Shown in pieces: positions 55,029 through 64,000 of a stretch of 64,000 bases of DNA (within the stretch, counting starts at the first letter, position 1; every line of letters starts with the position of its first letter). The notes beneath the pieces were generated by a model that did no database searches, had not been told where the DNA came from, and was given only the letters and a program-made list of their open reading frames with translations. A program made the position numbers and the translations under genes. Source of the stretch: Patescibacteria group bacterium (GTDB taxonomy: Bacteria; Patescibacteriota; Patescibacteriia; UBA9570); contig JBAZWO010000005.1 in assembly GCA_041660305.1 (NCBI GenBank), positions 10,247 through 74,246 on the forward strand. Reading direction: 5' to 3'.

Positions 55029-55280
55029 ATGAAAAGACGCCTTATGGCTCAACTTCAATTAAACGACAAATTATATGCGCAACTAGAAAACATTGTTAAA
55101 GACAGTAAAGAATTTAACGATGTAGCTAGTTATGTAAGTTATATTTTGGAGCAAGTAGTGCAAAAGAAATTACAGCAAGGCGCTACTACCAAAACGCCAA
55201 CTGATACTACCGGTAATTATTCCAAAGCTGATGAGGATAAAATTCGTGAGCGCTTAAAAAATTTAGGCTATCTGGATTAA
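55029..55280 (+). CDS. CopG/ribbon-helix-helix-like small regulator
   Basis: 84 aa with QLQLNDKLYAQLENIV (beta strand then helix) and a C-terminal RLKNLGYLD tail. Confidence 0.45.
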   Translation: MKRRLMAQLQLNDKLYAQLENIVKDSKEFNDVASYVSYILEQVVQKKLQQGATTKTPTDTTGNYSKADEDKIRERLKNLGYLD

Positions 55281-55290
55281 TTATAAAATT

Positions 55291-56439
55291 ATGAGCTTAC
55301 CGCCGCATGGCAATGTGTTAGTGAACAGAGTATTAACTGAACAAGATGCCCAGCGTTGGCGCGCTAAAATAAATACGCTCCAGCAAATTGTTATTAATGA
55401 AGAATTAGTAAAAGATGTAAAAAATATCGCGCGCGGTGTGTATAGTCCGCTGACTGGTTTTATGGGGCAGGCGGATTTTGAGCGTGTGGTTCAAGAAATG
55501 AAATTAGCCGATGGTACGGTTTGGCCAATTCCGTTTGTACTAGACGTAGAAAAAAGTACCGCTAATAACATTACCATTGGTGAACCAGTAGCACTGATGA
55601 ATGAAGCGAAGGAACCGGTAGCTATATTAACCGTGCGTGATAAATATATGTTTACTGCTAGCACAGTAGCGGAACATGTGTTTGCCACGAATGATTCGGC
55701 ACATCCTGGTGTAGCCATGATTTATGCCATGAAGCCATGTTTGTTAGGTGGTGAAATTGAATTAATTGATAATACTAAAGAACCGTTTAACGACATGAAT
55801 TTGGATCCGCAAGAAACCAGGTTATTATTTAAAGCCAAAGGCTGGCATACGGTAGTTGGTTTTCAAACCAGGAACGCTCCGCATCGAGCGCATGAGTATT
55901 TACAACGTATTGGTTTAGAGGTTACGGACGGTTTATTTATTAATCCGGTAATTGGTAAAAAGAAAACCGGTGATTTTACGGATGAGGCGATTTTAAAATC
56001 GTATCAATATATGGTTACTAAAGTGTTTCCACGTAATCGGGCAGTACTATCTATTTTACCGTTACAAATGCGTTATGCCGGCCCACGTGAAGCGGTGTTA
56101 CACGCGATTATTCGGAAAAACTTTGGTTGCACGCATTTTATTGTGGGGCGCGATCATGCCGGCGTAGGCAAGTATTATGGTACGTATGCCGGCCAAGAAA
56201 TTTTTGATACGCTGCCCGATTTAGGCATTACCATTTTAAAACTGGAAAACAGTTTTTTCTGTAAGCAATGCGAAACAGTAGCCACGGCTAAAACTTGTGC
56301 GCATAATGATGAGCAACGAACCGGACCATCCGGTACATTGATTCGCAAAATGTTACAGGCTGGTGAAACAGTGCCACCAGAAATTATGCGGCCAGAGATC
56401 TCAAAACTATTAATTGAACACGGTAATATTTTTGTTTAG
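55291..56439 (+). CDS. sat: Sulfate adenylyltransferase (ATP sulfurylase)
   Basis: GFQTRNAPHRAHEYL and HFIVGRDHAGVG. Confidence 0.93.
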   Translation: MSLPPHGNVLVNRVLTEQDAQRWRAKINTLQQIVINEELVKDVKNIARGVYSPLTGFMGQADFERVVQEMKLADGTVWPIPFVLDVEKSTANNITIGEPVALMNEAKEPVAILTVRDKYMFTASTVAEHVFATNDSAHPGVAMIYAMKPCLLGGEIELIDNTKEPFNDMNLDPQETRLLFKAKGWHTVVGFQTRNAPHRAHEYLQRIGLEVTDGLFINPVIGKKKTGDFTDEAILKSYQYMVTKVFPRNRAVLSILPLQMRYAGPREAVLHAIIRKNFGCTHFIVGRDHAGVGKYYGTYAGQEIFDTLPDLGITILKLENSFFCKQCETVATAKTCAHNDEQRTGPSGTLIRKMLQAGETVPPEIMRPEISKLLIEHGNIFV

Positions 56440-56475
56440 GCTCGTGAGGACACTCACCCTCTTTATTTTTTAATT

Positions 56476-57477
56476 ATGGCAATATTTTCCAATTTGCAAG
56501 TCAATTTAAAAAAAGGAGTAATTATTCATCATTGGGATACTGATGGTTTGGTATCCGCGGCGTTATTATTAAATTATTTTCAACAGCAGTATCCTGAAAA
56601 AAAAGTAGAGTTATTTACACCGGTATTTGGTAACTATTATTTAACAACAGAACAATACGATTATCTACAGCAGCAAGGTTATCAATTTGTAATTACTTGC
56701 GATATTAATTTTCCCGCAGAAACGATTACACAATTAGCCAAATTATTTCCCGAACAGATATATGTAATTGATCATCACCGGAAAACAGATTATTCTGGAG
56801 CACAGTATTTTCATGAGAACATTCCAGCTTGCGCGGCGTTAATTACTAAATTATTAAATTTATCTAATAATTTATTAATGGTGTTAGGTTTGGTGGGGGA
56901 TAAAGAAGAACTTATTCAGGCAGACAAAATTTATTATCCCATAGTGCAAGAAGTAATGGCTGATTATAATTTAACATTTACTCAATTATTAGAGTTACGC
57001 CGTTTAATTGATAGTAATTATATTACCAATGATTATGTCGGTATGTTAGAAACGATTGCGTTATTACAAACTGATCCACTAAGCTTACTAAATGACGTGC
57101 GGTTACAGGAGCATCTGGTAACCATTAATGCTGAAATACAACATTTAATCAATAAATCAGTGGAGCAGCTTAGCGCGAAAGTAAAATTATTAGTAGTGGA
57201 TACCCAGTTACAAGTATTGTCACAAGTTACCCGCCATTTATCACGGCAGTATCCAGCTGATATTATATTTACTTATCAAGTTACCGCTGCACAGGTGAAT
57301 TGTTATGTGCGGCGCAGGAATTCAACCGTAGCTGTGAGTAGTTTAATTGATTGGGCGCATGATTTAAATTTAAATGCGGGCGGCAAGCCAGAAGTAGTTG
57401 GCATTATTGTGCCATTAGCGCACTGGGCTACCATACTACCAAAATTACAAGCTAAATTATTAACCTTAACAGCCTAA
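56476..57477 (+). CDS. DHH-family phosphoesterase (NrnA-like; candidate pAp phosphatase)
   Basis: IIHHWDTDGLVSAALL (DxD) and YVIDHHRK (DHH). Located between sat and cysC. Confidence 0.6.
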   Translation: MAIFSNLQVNLKKGVIIHHWDTDGLVSAALLLNYFQQQYPEKKVELFTPVFGNYYLTTEQYDYLQQQGYQFVITCDINFPAETITQLAKLFPEQIYVIDHHRKTDYSGAQYFHENIPACAALITKLLNLSNNLLMVLGLVGDKEELIQADKIYYPIVQEVMADYNLTFTQLLELRRLIDSNYITNDYVGMLETIALLQTDPLSLLNDVRLQEHLVTINAEIQHLINKSVEQLSAKVKLLVVDTQLQVLSQVTRHLSRQYPADIIFTYQVTAAQVNCYVRRRNSTVAVSSLIDWAHDLNLNAGGKPEVVGIIVPLAHWATILPKLQAKLLTLTA

Positions 57478-57486
57478 CTATATAGT

Positions 57487-58101
57487 ATGATTACACAACC
57501 AGCTACCAATATTACTTGGCATCATGGTAGAATTACGCGACAGAATCGCGAACAATTATTAAAACAAACGGCCCAAGTGTTGTGGTTCACTGGCTTATCT
57601 GGTTCAGGGAAATCAACTTTATCTGTAGCTCTTGAAGAACGGTTATTTGCTGAAGGTAAATTAGTGTATCGATTGGATGGTGATAATATTCGCCATGGGT
57701 TAAATAAAAATTTAGGGTTTTCTCCGCCAGAGCGCACTGAAAACATTCGGAGAATTGGTGAAGTAGCTAAATTATTTGTAGATAGCGGCGTAATCGTATT
57801 AACCGCGTTTGTATCGCCGTATCAAGCCGATCGTGATTTAGTGCGCGCATTATTTGCGTCGGGCGAATTTATTGAAATCTATACCAAGTGTTCATTAGCT
57901 GGTTGTGAACAACGTGATACGAAAGGCTTGTATGCTAAAGCCAAAGCCGGACAAATAAAAGACTTTACCGGTATTTCTGCACCTTATGAAGCGCCAGAGC
58001 ATTCGGAAATAGTGATTGATACAGAAAAATTATCAATTAATGAATCAGTTGATCTGATTATTAAACAGCTAGGCTCGTCAGAGACTCACCCTCAAGCATG
58101 A
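57487..58101 (+). CDS. cysC: Adenylylsulfate (APS) kinase
   Basis: [32 protein letters not shown]. Confidence 0.93.
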   Translation: MITQPATNITWHHGRITRQNREQLLKQTAQVLWFTGLSGSGKSTLSVALEERLFAEGKLVYRLDGDNIRHGLNKNLGFSPPERTENIRRIGEVAKLFVDSGVIVLTAFVSPYQADRDLVRALFASGEFIEIYTKCSLAGCEQRDTKGLYAKAKAGQIKDFTGISAPYEAPEHSEIVIDTEKLSINESVDLIIKQLGSSETHPQA

Positions 58102-59849
58102 AAAAAAACCAGTCTAACAAACCTCTTGTTCAACTTAACCCCCGGGTTTATCCCGGTGGGTTAAGTAAAAGGTGGCTAATTTTTGATATTAGTGTTGTTC
58201 TATTATTAAGTATTATTTTCGGCTGGCTGTATGGCAGCGCGCATGCTTGGGGAGCGTGGAGTGATGATGCGCCGGGCTACATTTATACGGCTGGGCAGTT
58301 TTTTAAACACGAGCCATTAGTAACACAGAGTTCGTTAGTACAAAGTGCACTAACGTTTTTTGGTAATGAACCTTGGGCGCGGTTAGCGGCTCCTACGCAT
58401 CATGAAATTATCTCACCCAGTGGTTGGATAGCATCTCGTTATCCCATTGGTTTAGGGGCGTTAATGTATCTAGCGGGGCTTATTAGCGGCTTGATGGATT
58501 CATTTTATGTGGTAGTACCAGCCTTGGCCGTGTTAGCCATAATATTTACTTATTTATTAAGTATAAAATTATTTTTAGTATCACCAATTTATCAACGCCT
58601 AATTGGTTTAATAGCAGCAGTTACGTTAGGATTTACAGAATTATATTCAAGTTACGCGGTATCGCAACCCATGCGTGAAATTCCAGCGTTAACATTTTTT
58701 TTATTAGCTTTACTACTGATTGTTTATACATTACAAGCTAAGCTAAATAAATATTTAAGTAGTATAATATTATTGTTAGCGGGCGCTAGTTATGGTTATA
58801 GTATAAATATTCGTGAAACTTTTTTTATATTATTCCCGGTTATTATTTTGTTGTTATATTATTTTAAACCAGCTTGGCAGCAAATTAAAAAACCATTACT
58901 AATCTTATGTCTTGGCATAGTTGTAGCTGGATTATTATCAATCTGGAATTCTGGCTGGATTACGTTGTATAAAGAAAAATTTAAAGCCAAAGATATTACC
59001 AGTGTAGCCATTACTTCTAATTTTGATCATATTGAATCTTTAAGCGTACAAAATTTATATGACAACGAAGGTAAGTATAAGCGTGGAGTGGGAGGAGTAT
59101 TACAATATATTGATGTGTTGCAAACGGAATTCGCGTTTTGGCCATTATTTTTGTTCATGGCGGTAATTGGTTTACTAGTCTTGTGGAACAAACAACGTAA
59201 ATTAGCGTACCTGTTTATTAGTTGGTTTGGGTTAATCTTTTTATTATTTAGCGCTTGGATTAATCCGTATGCGCGTTATATTTTGCCATTATTTCCGGTA
59301 GTAACATTGTTGGCCGGGTATGGTGTGGTAATTAGTTTAATTTGGCTAAAAGAAAAATTAAAATTAACGCACTGGATGTATGTTGGTGTTATTGTGTTAA
59401 TGATTGGTTCGTTATTTATTACGTTACAGCCGTTAATATTAGCTAGAATACAGCATGTACAGAATCAAGCACTAGTAAATAAAGCTATATCTAAGCAAGA
59501 TTTGCAAACATTGAAACAATTAGGCGTAGCAATTAAACAAGATACACCAAACAATAAACCGCCGTTATTATTAATGATCGGCGATTGGCAATCAGGCATA
59601 GCTGAAATGATTATGACACACGATTCGTTGCCGGTGATTCGTTATCCGCGAAAAGCAGCGGAGCAGCCGCCAGTAAACAACATGGTTGGTTGGTTAACAC
59701 AATTAAGTGAACAATACCAGCTTTATTTATGGTATGATGATTCGGCCAGCAATACAGAGCAGCAATTACGGGCACAGTTAACATTAGAAGAGTTAACACA
59801 ATATGATTTTAGTTTTCAGCAGAAAGTTGTAATTTACAAAATAAAATAA
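58098..59849 (+). CDS. GT-C fold (ArnT/PMT-like) membrane glycosyltransferase
   Basis: About 12 TM helices with a C-terminal soluble domain. N-terminal residues [11 protein letters not shown] come from an AACCCCCGGG hairpin element. Confidence 0.45.
   Translation: MKKNQSNKPLVQLNPRVYPGGLSKRWLIFDISVVLLLSIIFGWLYGSAHAWGAWSDDAPGYIYTAGQFFKHEPLVTQSSLVQSALTFFGNEPWARLAAPTHHEIISPSGWIASRYPIGLGALMYLAGLISGLMDSFYVVVPALAVLAIIFTYLLSIKLFLVSPIYQRLIGLIAAVTLGFTELYSSYAVSQPMREIPALTFFLLALLLIVYTLQAKLNKYLSSIILLLAGASYGYSINIRETFFILFPVIILLLYYFKPAWQQIKKPLLILCLGIVVAGLLSIWNSGWITLYKEKFKAKDITSVAITSNFDHIESLSVQNLYDNEGKYKRGVGGVLQYIDVLQTEFAFWPLFLFMAVIGLLVLWNKQRKLAYLFISWFGLIFLLFSAWINPYARYILPLFPVVTLLAGYGVVISLIWLKEKLKLTHWMYVGVIVLMIGSLFITLQPLILARIQHVQNQALVNKAISKQDLQTLKQLGVAIKQDTPNNKPPLLLMIGDWQSGIAEMIMTHDSLPVIRYPRKAAEQPPVNNMVGWLTQLSEQYQLYLWYDDSASNTEQQLRAQLTLEELTQYDFSFQQKVVIYKIK
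58135..58164. repeat. AACCCCCGGG hairpin element (intragenic)
   Basis: ttaacccccgggtttatcccggtgggttaa lies inside codons 13-23 of 58098..59849. Confidence 0.8.
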
Positions 59850-59854
59850 TTTTT

Positions 59855-60598
59855 ATGTCTTTACCTAGTCATCCAAACGACGTAGTTCAGTATCAACAGC
59901 CACATGATAGTGTGTTTAGCCGGTTAATTTATCGCAAGATTTCTAAATATTTAACGTATTACATGTTAAAATATATTCCTGGTATTGCGGCGCCAGATGT
60001 GACGATTATTTCGTTTGTAGTGGGTTTGGTAGGTGTAGTGGGGTTAATGTATCCAAACTGGTGGGCACGCATATTGGCGTTTGTGTTTATTCAGTTATCG
60101 TTTGCGTTTGATTGTTCCGATGGAGAAATTGCCCGTATGACCGGGCGGGGGAGTAAATTTGGGATTTGGTTTGATAGTATTTCCGATCGCACCAAAGAAA
60201 TATTATGGTTTTTAGCGATTAGTATACAAATTTATCGCTTTGCCCCAATGGCCAATTGGCCGGCTGGGAAAAGTTGGCAAGCGTTGTTTACCGGCCAACT
60301 TGGCCATAATCCCTGGATTATTTACTTAGCCTTATTAACCGGCGTGAGCGTGTTACTAGTGGCCTATTTACGCGAGGCCAAAAAGAGTATCTTTTTAGAA
60401 CAACGTAAGCCGGAGGTTGTTTTAAAATATGGGTTACATATTGGTACTGTAGACGTGATTATCTTTTTATTATCCTTTGGTGCGTTATTACATTTAGAAT
60501 ATTATGTGCTGTGGATTATTTTGTTACCAACCCCGTTACTACTCATTAAACAAATAGTAAGCACGTATCGACAGTCGGAGAAGCCGAAAAGAGTTTAA
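59855..60598 (+). CDS. CDP-alcohol phosphatidyltransferase family protein
   Basis: Motif DCSDGEIARMTGRGSKFGIWFDSISDR (D-G-x2-A-R-x8-G-x3-D-x3-D). Confidence 0.85.
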   Translation: MSLPSHPNDVVQYQQPHDSVFSRLIYRKISKYLTYYMLKYIPGIAAPDVTIISFVVGLVGVVGLMYPNWWARILAFVFIQLSFAFDCSDGEIARMTGRGSKFGIWFDSISDRTKEILWFLAISIQIYRFAPMANWPAGKSWQALFTGQLGHNPWIIYLALLTGVSVLLVAYLREAKKSIFLEQRKPEVVLKYGLHIGTVDVIIFLLSFGALLHLEYYVLWIILLPTPLLLIKQIVSTYRQSEKPKRV

Positions 60599-61620
60599 GT
60601 GAATAGTAATAATATAATGTAAATAAAAATAATTAGCATGAACCATGGCAGTTGTTCATTGATAATTTTTTTTATAAATCGTTTGCGATAATAATTCAAT
60701 AATACCAAACTGGAACTGAACAACAACAAAACTACTAAAGTGAGCTCTCCATAAATTATTACAGTTTGTGAACAGTTATAGTTGTGTAATAGTGCTCTAA
60801 TAGAACAAATTAAACCACTTAGTATAGAACGTGGTAAAATAAATAATTTAACATGATAAAAATATAAAATATAGCTAACAATAACATATATTAAACAACT
60901 GCTGCCAAGGTAAGTTGTTGGTAACATAGAATCATTTTTTATTTTTAATAAATGTTTTTCTTCTTGTTTAATAAGGCCTATAACTAACCAAATACATAGT
61001 CCCATGATGATTATTATAAACATGGGAATAATTAGTTCAGTTACTAATACTAAATTCCATGGTTTTATAATCTGCCAGTGATCAAAATAGGCGTTTAGTA
61101 ATATTTTACCGATAGTACGAAGTGTTAAGAGGCTCGGTAAACCTAATATTGATACATAAATAATTAAGCGCTGTTTTGATTGGTGCAGCCATTGATATAA
61201 ACTCGGTAACACCAACAGAAAAAATAACAAAAAGATTACAGCAGTTATTGGTATTGCTAACCACGAAATTGTAAATAAAGGATATTTTGGATTATCTCCT
61301 ATAGTATTGCCGGCTACTATACTAATAATGATTGGTAAAAATTTAAATATTACAGTTGTAAAAAGAGTAATTAATATTAACGTAATAATATTAATGTAGG
61401 GAGATTGTTGTTTTAACATAGTGTTGTATTCACGAGCAATTACTTTCGGATCGCCTAGTGTTTGAATAGCTTGTTGCGTGGCTTGTTCCGGTTGTATTCC
61501 TTCCCAGGCTAAATCTAAAACAGCATCTTCAATATGAGCGGCTAATTCTTCTTGCAGGCGTTCACTATATTTAGAATGATTAAGATTACGAGATAATGTT
61601 TCAAAAAAGGTAGATTTCAT
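60595..61620 (-). CDS. Polytopic membrane protein co-transcribed with PadR
   Basis: Soluble N-terminal ~70 aa (HIEDAVLDL...GDPKVIAREY), then about 7 TM helices. 4-nt overlap with padR. Confidence 0.45.
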   Translation of the reverse strand: MKSTFFETLSRNLNHSKYSERLQEELAAHIEDAVLDLAWEGIQPEQATQQAIQTLGDPKVIAREYNTMLKQQSPYINIITLILITLFTTVIFKFLPIIISIVAGNTIGDNPKYPLFTISWLAIPITAVIFLLFFLLVLPSLYQWLHQSKQRLIIYVSILGLPSLLTLRTIGKILLNAYFDHWQIIKPWNLVLVTELIIPMFIIIIMGLCIWLVIGLIKQEEKHLLKIKNDSMLPTTYLGSSCLIYVIVSYILYFYHVKLFILPRSILSGLICSIRALLHNYNCSQTVIIYGELTLVVLLLFSSSLVLLNYYRKRFIKKIINEQLPWFMLIIFIYIILLLFT

Positions 61621-61952
61621 ATAGCTAAATGCAATACTTGTTTTATGCCTTTTAGCAAAATGCCTAATTCAGTAGTACGTTCTAGTAATAATTTTTTACC
61701 TTTATTAGTAATGTGATAATAGCGGCGATCTTTACCATTTGGAGCTGGTTTAACTTGACTAGTTACTAAGTTCTTAAATTCTAAGCGATACAGCAGAGGA
61801 TAGAGCGTGCCTTCTTGTAGTTCAAAAATATTTTGACTGGTTTGAGCAATGGCTCTGGTTAGTTGATAGCCATAAGCCTCACCGTGCTCGTGTAATGTTT
61901 GTAGTACAATAATTTCGGCTACGCCTTTTATGATTTCTTTAGAGAATTGCAT
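61617..61952 (-). CDS. PadR-family transcriptional regulator
   Basis: GYQLTRAIAQTSQNIFELQEGTLYPLLYRLEFKNLV. Confidence 0.88.
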   Translation of the reverse strand: MQFSKEIIKGVAEIIVLQTLHEHGEAYGYQLTRAIAQTSQNIFELQEGTLYPLLYRLEFKNLVTSQVKPAPNGKDRRYYHITNKGKKLLLERTTELGILLKGIKQVLHLAI

Positions 61953-62067
61953 ATAAAATAAGTAATTGGTAATTAGTAGTTAGTTGCTATATACTATTTA
62001 CCACATAGTATAAAACAAAACAAGTAACCTTATGCACAGGTTAGGTTGAAGCTATAATTATAGAGCA

Positions 62068-62646
62068 CTATTTGCTCTTATTTAATTGATTTATGTCGTC
62101 AATTGTAAAGCCTAAATCCTTAAAAATAAGATTACGTAGGTAAATAGCGCCAACAAATAATACTTCATCCATATTGGCTCCAACGGAAAAGGCGCCGTTT
62201 TTTAATTGATCGGTTAATTCTGGAAAATGTTTAAGCAGATTTTGCATAACGTCATTAATCGCTTGTTCGGTATCATACGCATTAGTTAAATGCTGATCTT
62301 TTATCAGTTGCAATAATTGACCTTGATGTTGTTCTACGATTTCTTTAATCCCGCTTTCATGCAAAATAGTTTTACCGCGTTCATTTAGTTGACGTGGTGA
62401 ACCAACTGGAGCCAACTGGTCTTGCCATAAAGTGTCTACACGATCTTCCAAAATAACAAAACGGGCTTCTAAAGCGGCAAAACGCTCCCGCACATTTTTT
62501 AAATCCGGTTTTACCTCTTCATCCAGGGTTTTTTTAATGCCACGCACTTCGTTGCGCAATGAACCCCAGGCCATGCCTAAACCAATTAAAATAACAGCTA
62601 CTCCGAGCAGTGATTGTAGAGCGTTAATTTCAATATTGGCTAGCAT
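62068..62646 (-). CDS. Hypothetical membrane-anchored coiled-coil protein
   Basis: One N-terminal TM helix, then a coiled coil. No domain recognised. Confidence 0.4.
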   Translation of the reverse strand: MLANIEINALQSLLGVAVILIGLGMAWGSLRNEVRGIKKTLDEEVKPDLKNVRERFAALEARFVILEDRVDTLWQDQLAPVGSPRQLNERGKTILHESGIKEIVEQHQGQLLQLIKDQHLTNAYDTEQAINDVMQNLLKHFPELTDQLKNGAFSVGANMDEVLFVGAIYLRNLIFKDLGFTIDDINQLNKSK

Positions 62647-62680
62647 ATTTAAATTATATGATTTTTATTTATTTTGTCAA

Positions 62681-63007
62681 TTATAGCAAAAATAACTTTT
62701 TTATGACCCGTTGAACATCATATAAATCTTTTTTTGTTATATTACCCAGCGTTCCAATAATTGTAGATTTTTCTTTGGTATATATTTTATGAATTCGCGC
62801 TATGGATGGAAATAGTAACTTGGCTTTTTTCCAATCAGTTAAATTAACGTCGTATGAACTAGTACGAATTTTACTAGTAATAACTGCAAGAATGCAATCG
62901 TTGTCACCAGTGTCAACTAACACAAGAGCTGGTCGTTGTTTGGCGCCATCATCACCGGTAAAAGGAAACGAAGTTAACACTACGTCGCCGCAACTAAAAG
63001 TTTTCAT
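62681..63007 (-). CDS. PemK/MazF-family toxin
   Basis: GDVVLTSFPFTGDDGAKQRPALVL; 108 aa. Confidence 0.75.
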   Translation of the reverse strand: MKTFSCGDVVLTSFPFTGDDGAKQRPALVLVDTGDNDCILAVITSKIRTSSYDVNLTDWKKAKLLFPSIARIHKIYTKEKSTIIGTLGNITKKDLYDVQRVIKKLFLL

Positions 63008-63273
63008 AGTTGTATTGTATTGTAGGCAGCGTCTTTATCATTGTATTGCGAGAGCATAGCTTTAGAACCGGCTTGCTCCCAGGCTTCAGCTTCTGTGTGT
63101 TTTGTGTGACGCTCTCTAACTTCAATAGGTTTAATTAGTACCCCGTTTGCCGTATCAAGTGTTACGGACATAAAATCACCAATGTTTACTCGCAGAGCTT
63201 TGCGAATTAGTGCTGGGATAGTAACTTGATAATTTCCGGTAACACGAACCATGGACATTGCATTTTCTTTCAT
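63004..63273 (-). CDS. AbrB/MazE/SpoVT-family antitoxin
   Basis: VTGNYQVTIPALIRKALRVNIGDFMSV. 4-nt overlap with the toxin gene. Confidence 0.75.
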   Translation of the reverse strand: MKENAMSMVRVTGNYQVTIPALIRKALRVNIGDFMSVTLDTANGVLIKPIEVRERHTKHTEAEAWEQAGSKAMLSQYNDKDAAYNTIQL

Positions 63274-63318
63274 ATAAATATAATATATTACTAATCTAGT
63301 ATATTCATAATATATAAA

Positions 63319-64000
63319 TTAAATGTTAATGTCAACTCTCACCAACCCTCTTACTGAATTACAAATATAAACTTTATCAGCTTCTTTTAAGTCTTGTTTA
63401 GTAAGGATTTTTTCGGTAACGTTGTGAGTGTTCATGAAATAAGCGCGGTAGATGCCAGGCAATAAGCCACAGGCAACCGGGGGAGTAAAATATTTATTAT
63501 TTTTTTTGATAATAATATTATGAATAGATCCTTCAGTGATTTCATTATTTTTATTACAAAATAACACATCAGTATAACCTAGCTTAGAATATTTTTTATA
63601 CTCTTTATTATATAAAGCCCGGTTGGTAGTTTTATGATATAAAAATATATTTGTTGGGTCGGTTTTATGTTTGGAAAAAATAACCTTGCCAATTGGTTTT
63701 TGTTTGGTAGAGACGTTGCATGCAACGTCTCTACCGGTAATCGTTACATGACCTGTTTGATCTAATAATATTCTTATTTTATATGGTTGGTTCTTGGATA
63801 AATGCCGTTTGGCATATTGGTGTAATTGTTTTTTTAAAGCCGGTAAAGAAAATTGATAAGAAAAATATTTAGCGGAATTTTTTAAACGCTGTAAGTGTTC
63901 ATTTAATAACCCATAATCATTTTTCCATAAGATAGTTTCAATTAATTGAAATGGTTTTTGGGTGTGTGTTAAAAATTTCGCTTTTAACAAGCATTCTTGA
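63319..64000 (-). CDS. Class IV aminotransferase fold protein (aminodeoxychorismate lyase-like); 5' end may lie beyond the window
   Basis: EITEGSIHNIIIKKNNKYFTPPVACGLLPGIYRAYF. The frame stays open upstream of TTG 63990 to the window edge. Carries GTAG palindrome copy 5. Confidence 0.65.
   Translation of the reverse strand, partial: QECLLKAKFLTHTQKPFQLIETILWKNDYGLLNEHLQRLKNSAKYFSYQFSLPALKKQLHQYAKRHLSKNQPYKIRILLDQTGHVTITGRDVACNVSTKQKPIGKVIFSKHKTDPTNIFLYHKTTNRALYNKEYKKYSKLGYTDVLFCNKNNEITEGSIHNIIIKKNNKYFTPPVACGLLPGIYRAYFMNTHNVTEKILTKQDLKEADKVYICNSVRGLVRVDINI
63707..63734. repeat. REP-like GTAG palindrome, copy 5 (intragenic)
   Basis: GTAGAGACGTTGCATGCAACGTCTCTAC, a perfect 28-nt palindrome encoding DVACNVST on the reverse strand. 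Confidence 0.85.

Noticed and set aside
1-64000. Alternative genetic code (UGA reassignment, as in some CPR lineages)
   Set aside because: Conserved genes terminate at TGA/TAA/TAG at the expected lengths (e.g. TGA at 34890-34892 and 40308-40310). No in-frame TGA interrupts conserved proteins.

Overview
AT-rich, gene-dense bacterial chromosome segment. Spot counts of single 60-nt lines give 25-42% G+C in ordinary genes. The gene content and style suggest a small-genome Patescibacteria/CPR-like organism (inference): almost no Shine-Dalgarno motifs, many near-leaderless promoters, and small housekeeping operons.

Recognisable content:
- murJ
- dnaG-rpoD
- long-form thyX
- dus and cysS
- rpsL-rpsG
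- htrA, hup and a SOD
- tRNA-Leu(CAA)
- parAB
- rel
- topA-dprA
- mscS
- three type II TA pairs (HEPN/MNT, VapBC-like, MazEF)
- a ~21 kb surface-glycan locus (39.6-60.6 kb: GT2/GT4/GT-C enzymes, Wzy-like ligase, methyltransferases, ugd, uxs) that embeds a sat-DHH-cysC PAPS module

Unusual features:
1. A 2.2 kb gene-poor, G+C-shifted stretch (14.3-16.5 kb). It has three repeated modules of long hairpin, strong SD, small ORF and terminator. One ORF contains a perfect 12-bp x7 repeat encoding (ATTS)7. The stretch lies just upstream of an ATP-grasp-ligase/M20-peptidase fusion.
2. A 74-nt RNA that has both halves of a tmRNA tRNA-like domain but no mRNA-like domain. It is framed by an 18-bp perfect inverted repeat at the edge of a 4.5 kb accessory island.
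3. A G+C-rich, SD-led Cys/Asp-repeat secreted protein behind a consensus promoter and a terminator-containing leader.
4. At least four dispersed palindromic repeat families. Several copies sit in-frame inside conserved genes, and a RAYT-type transposase in the window carries a copy itself.

All functional calls rest on motif recognition by eye. No database search was run.
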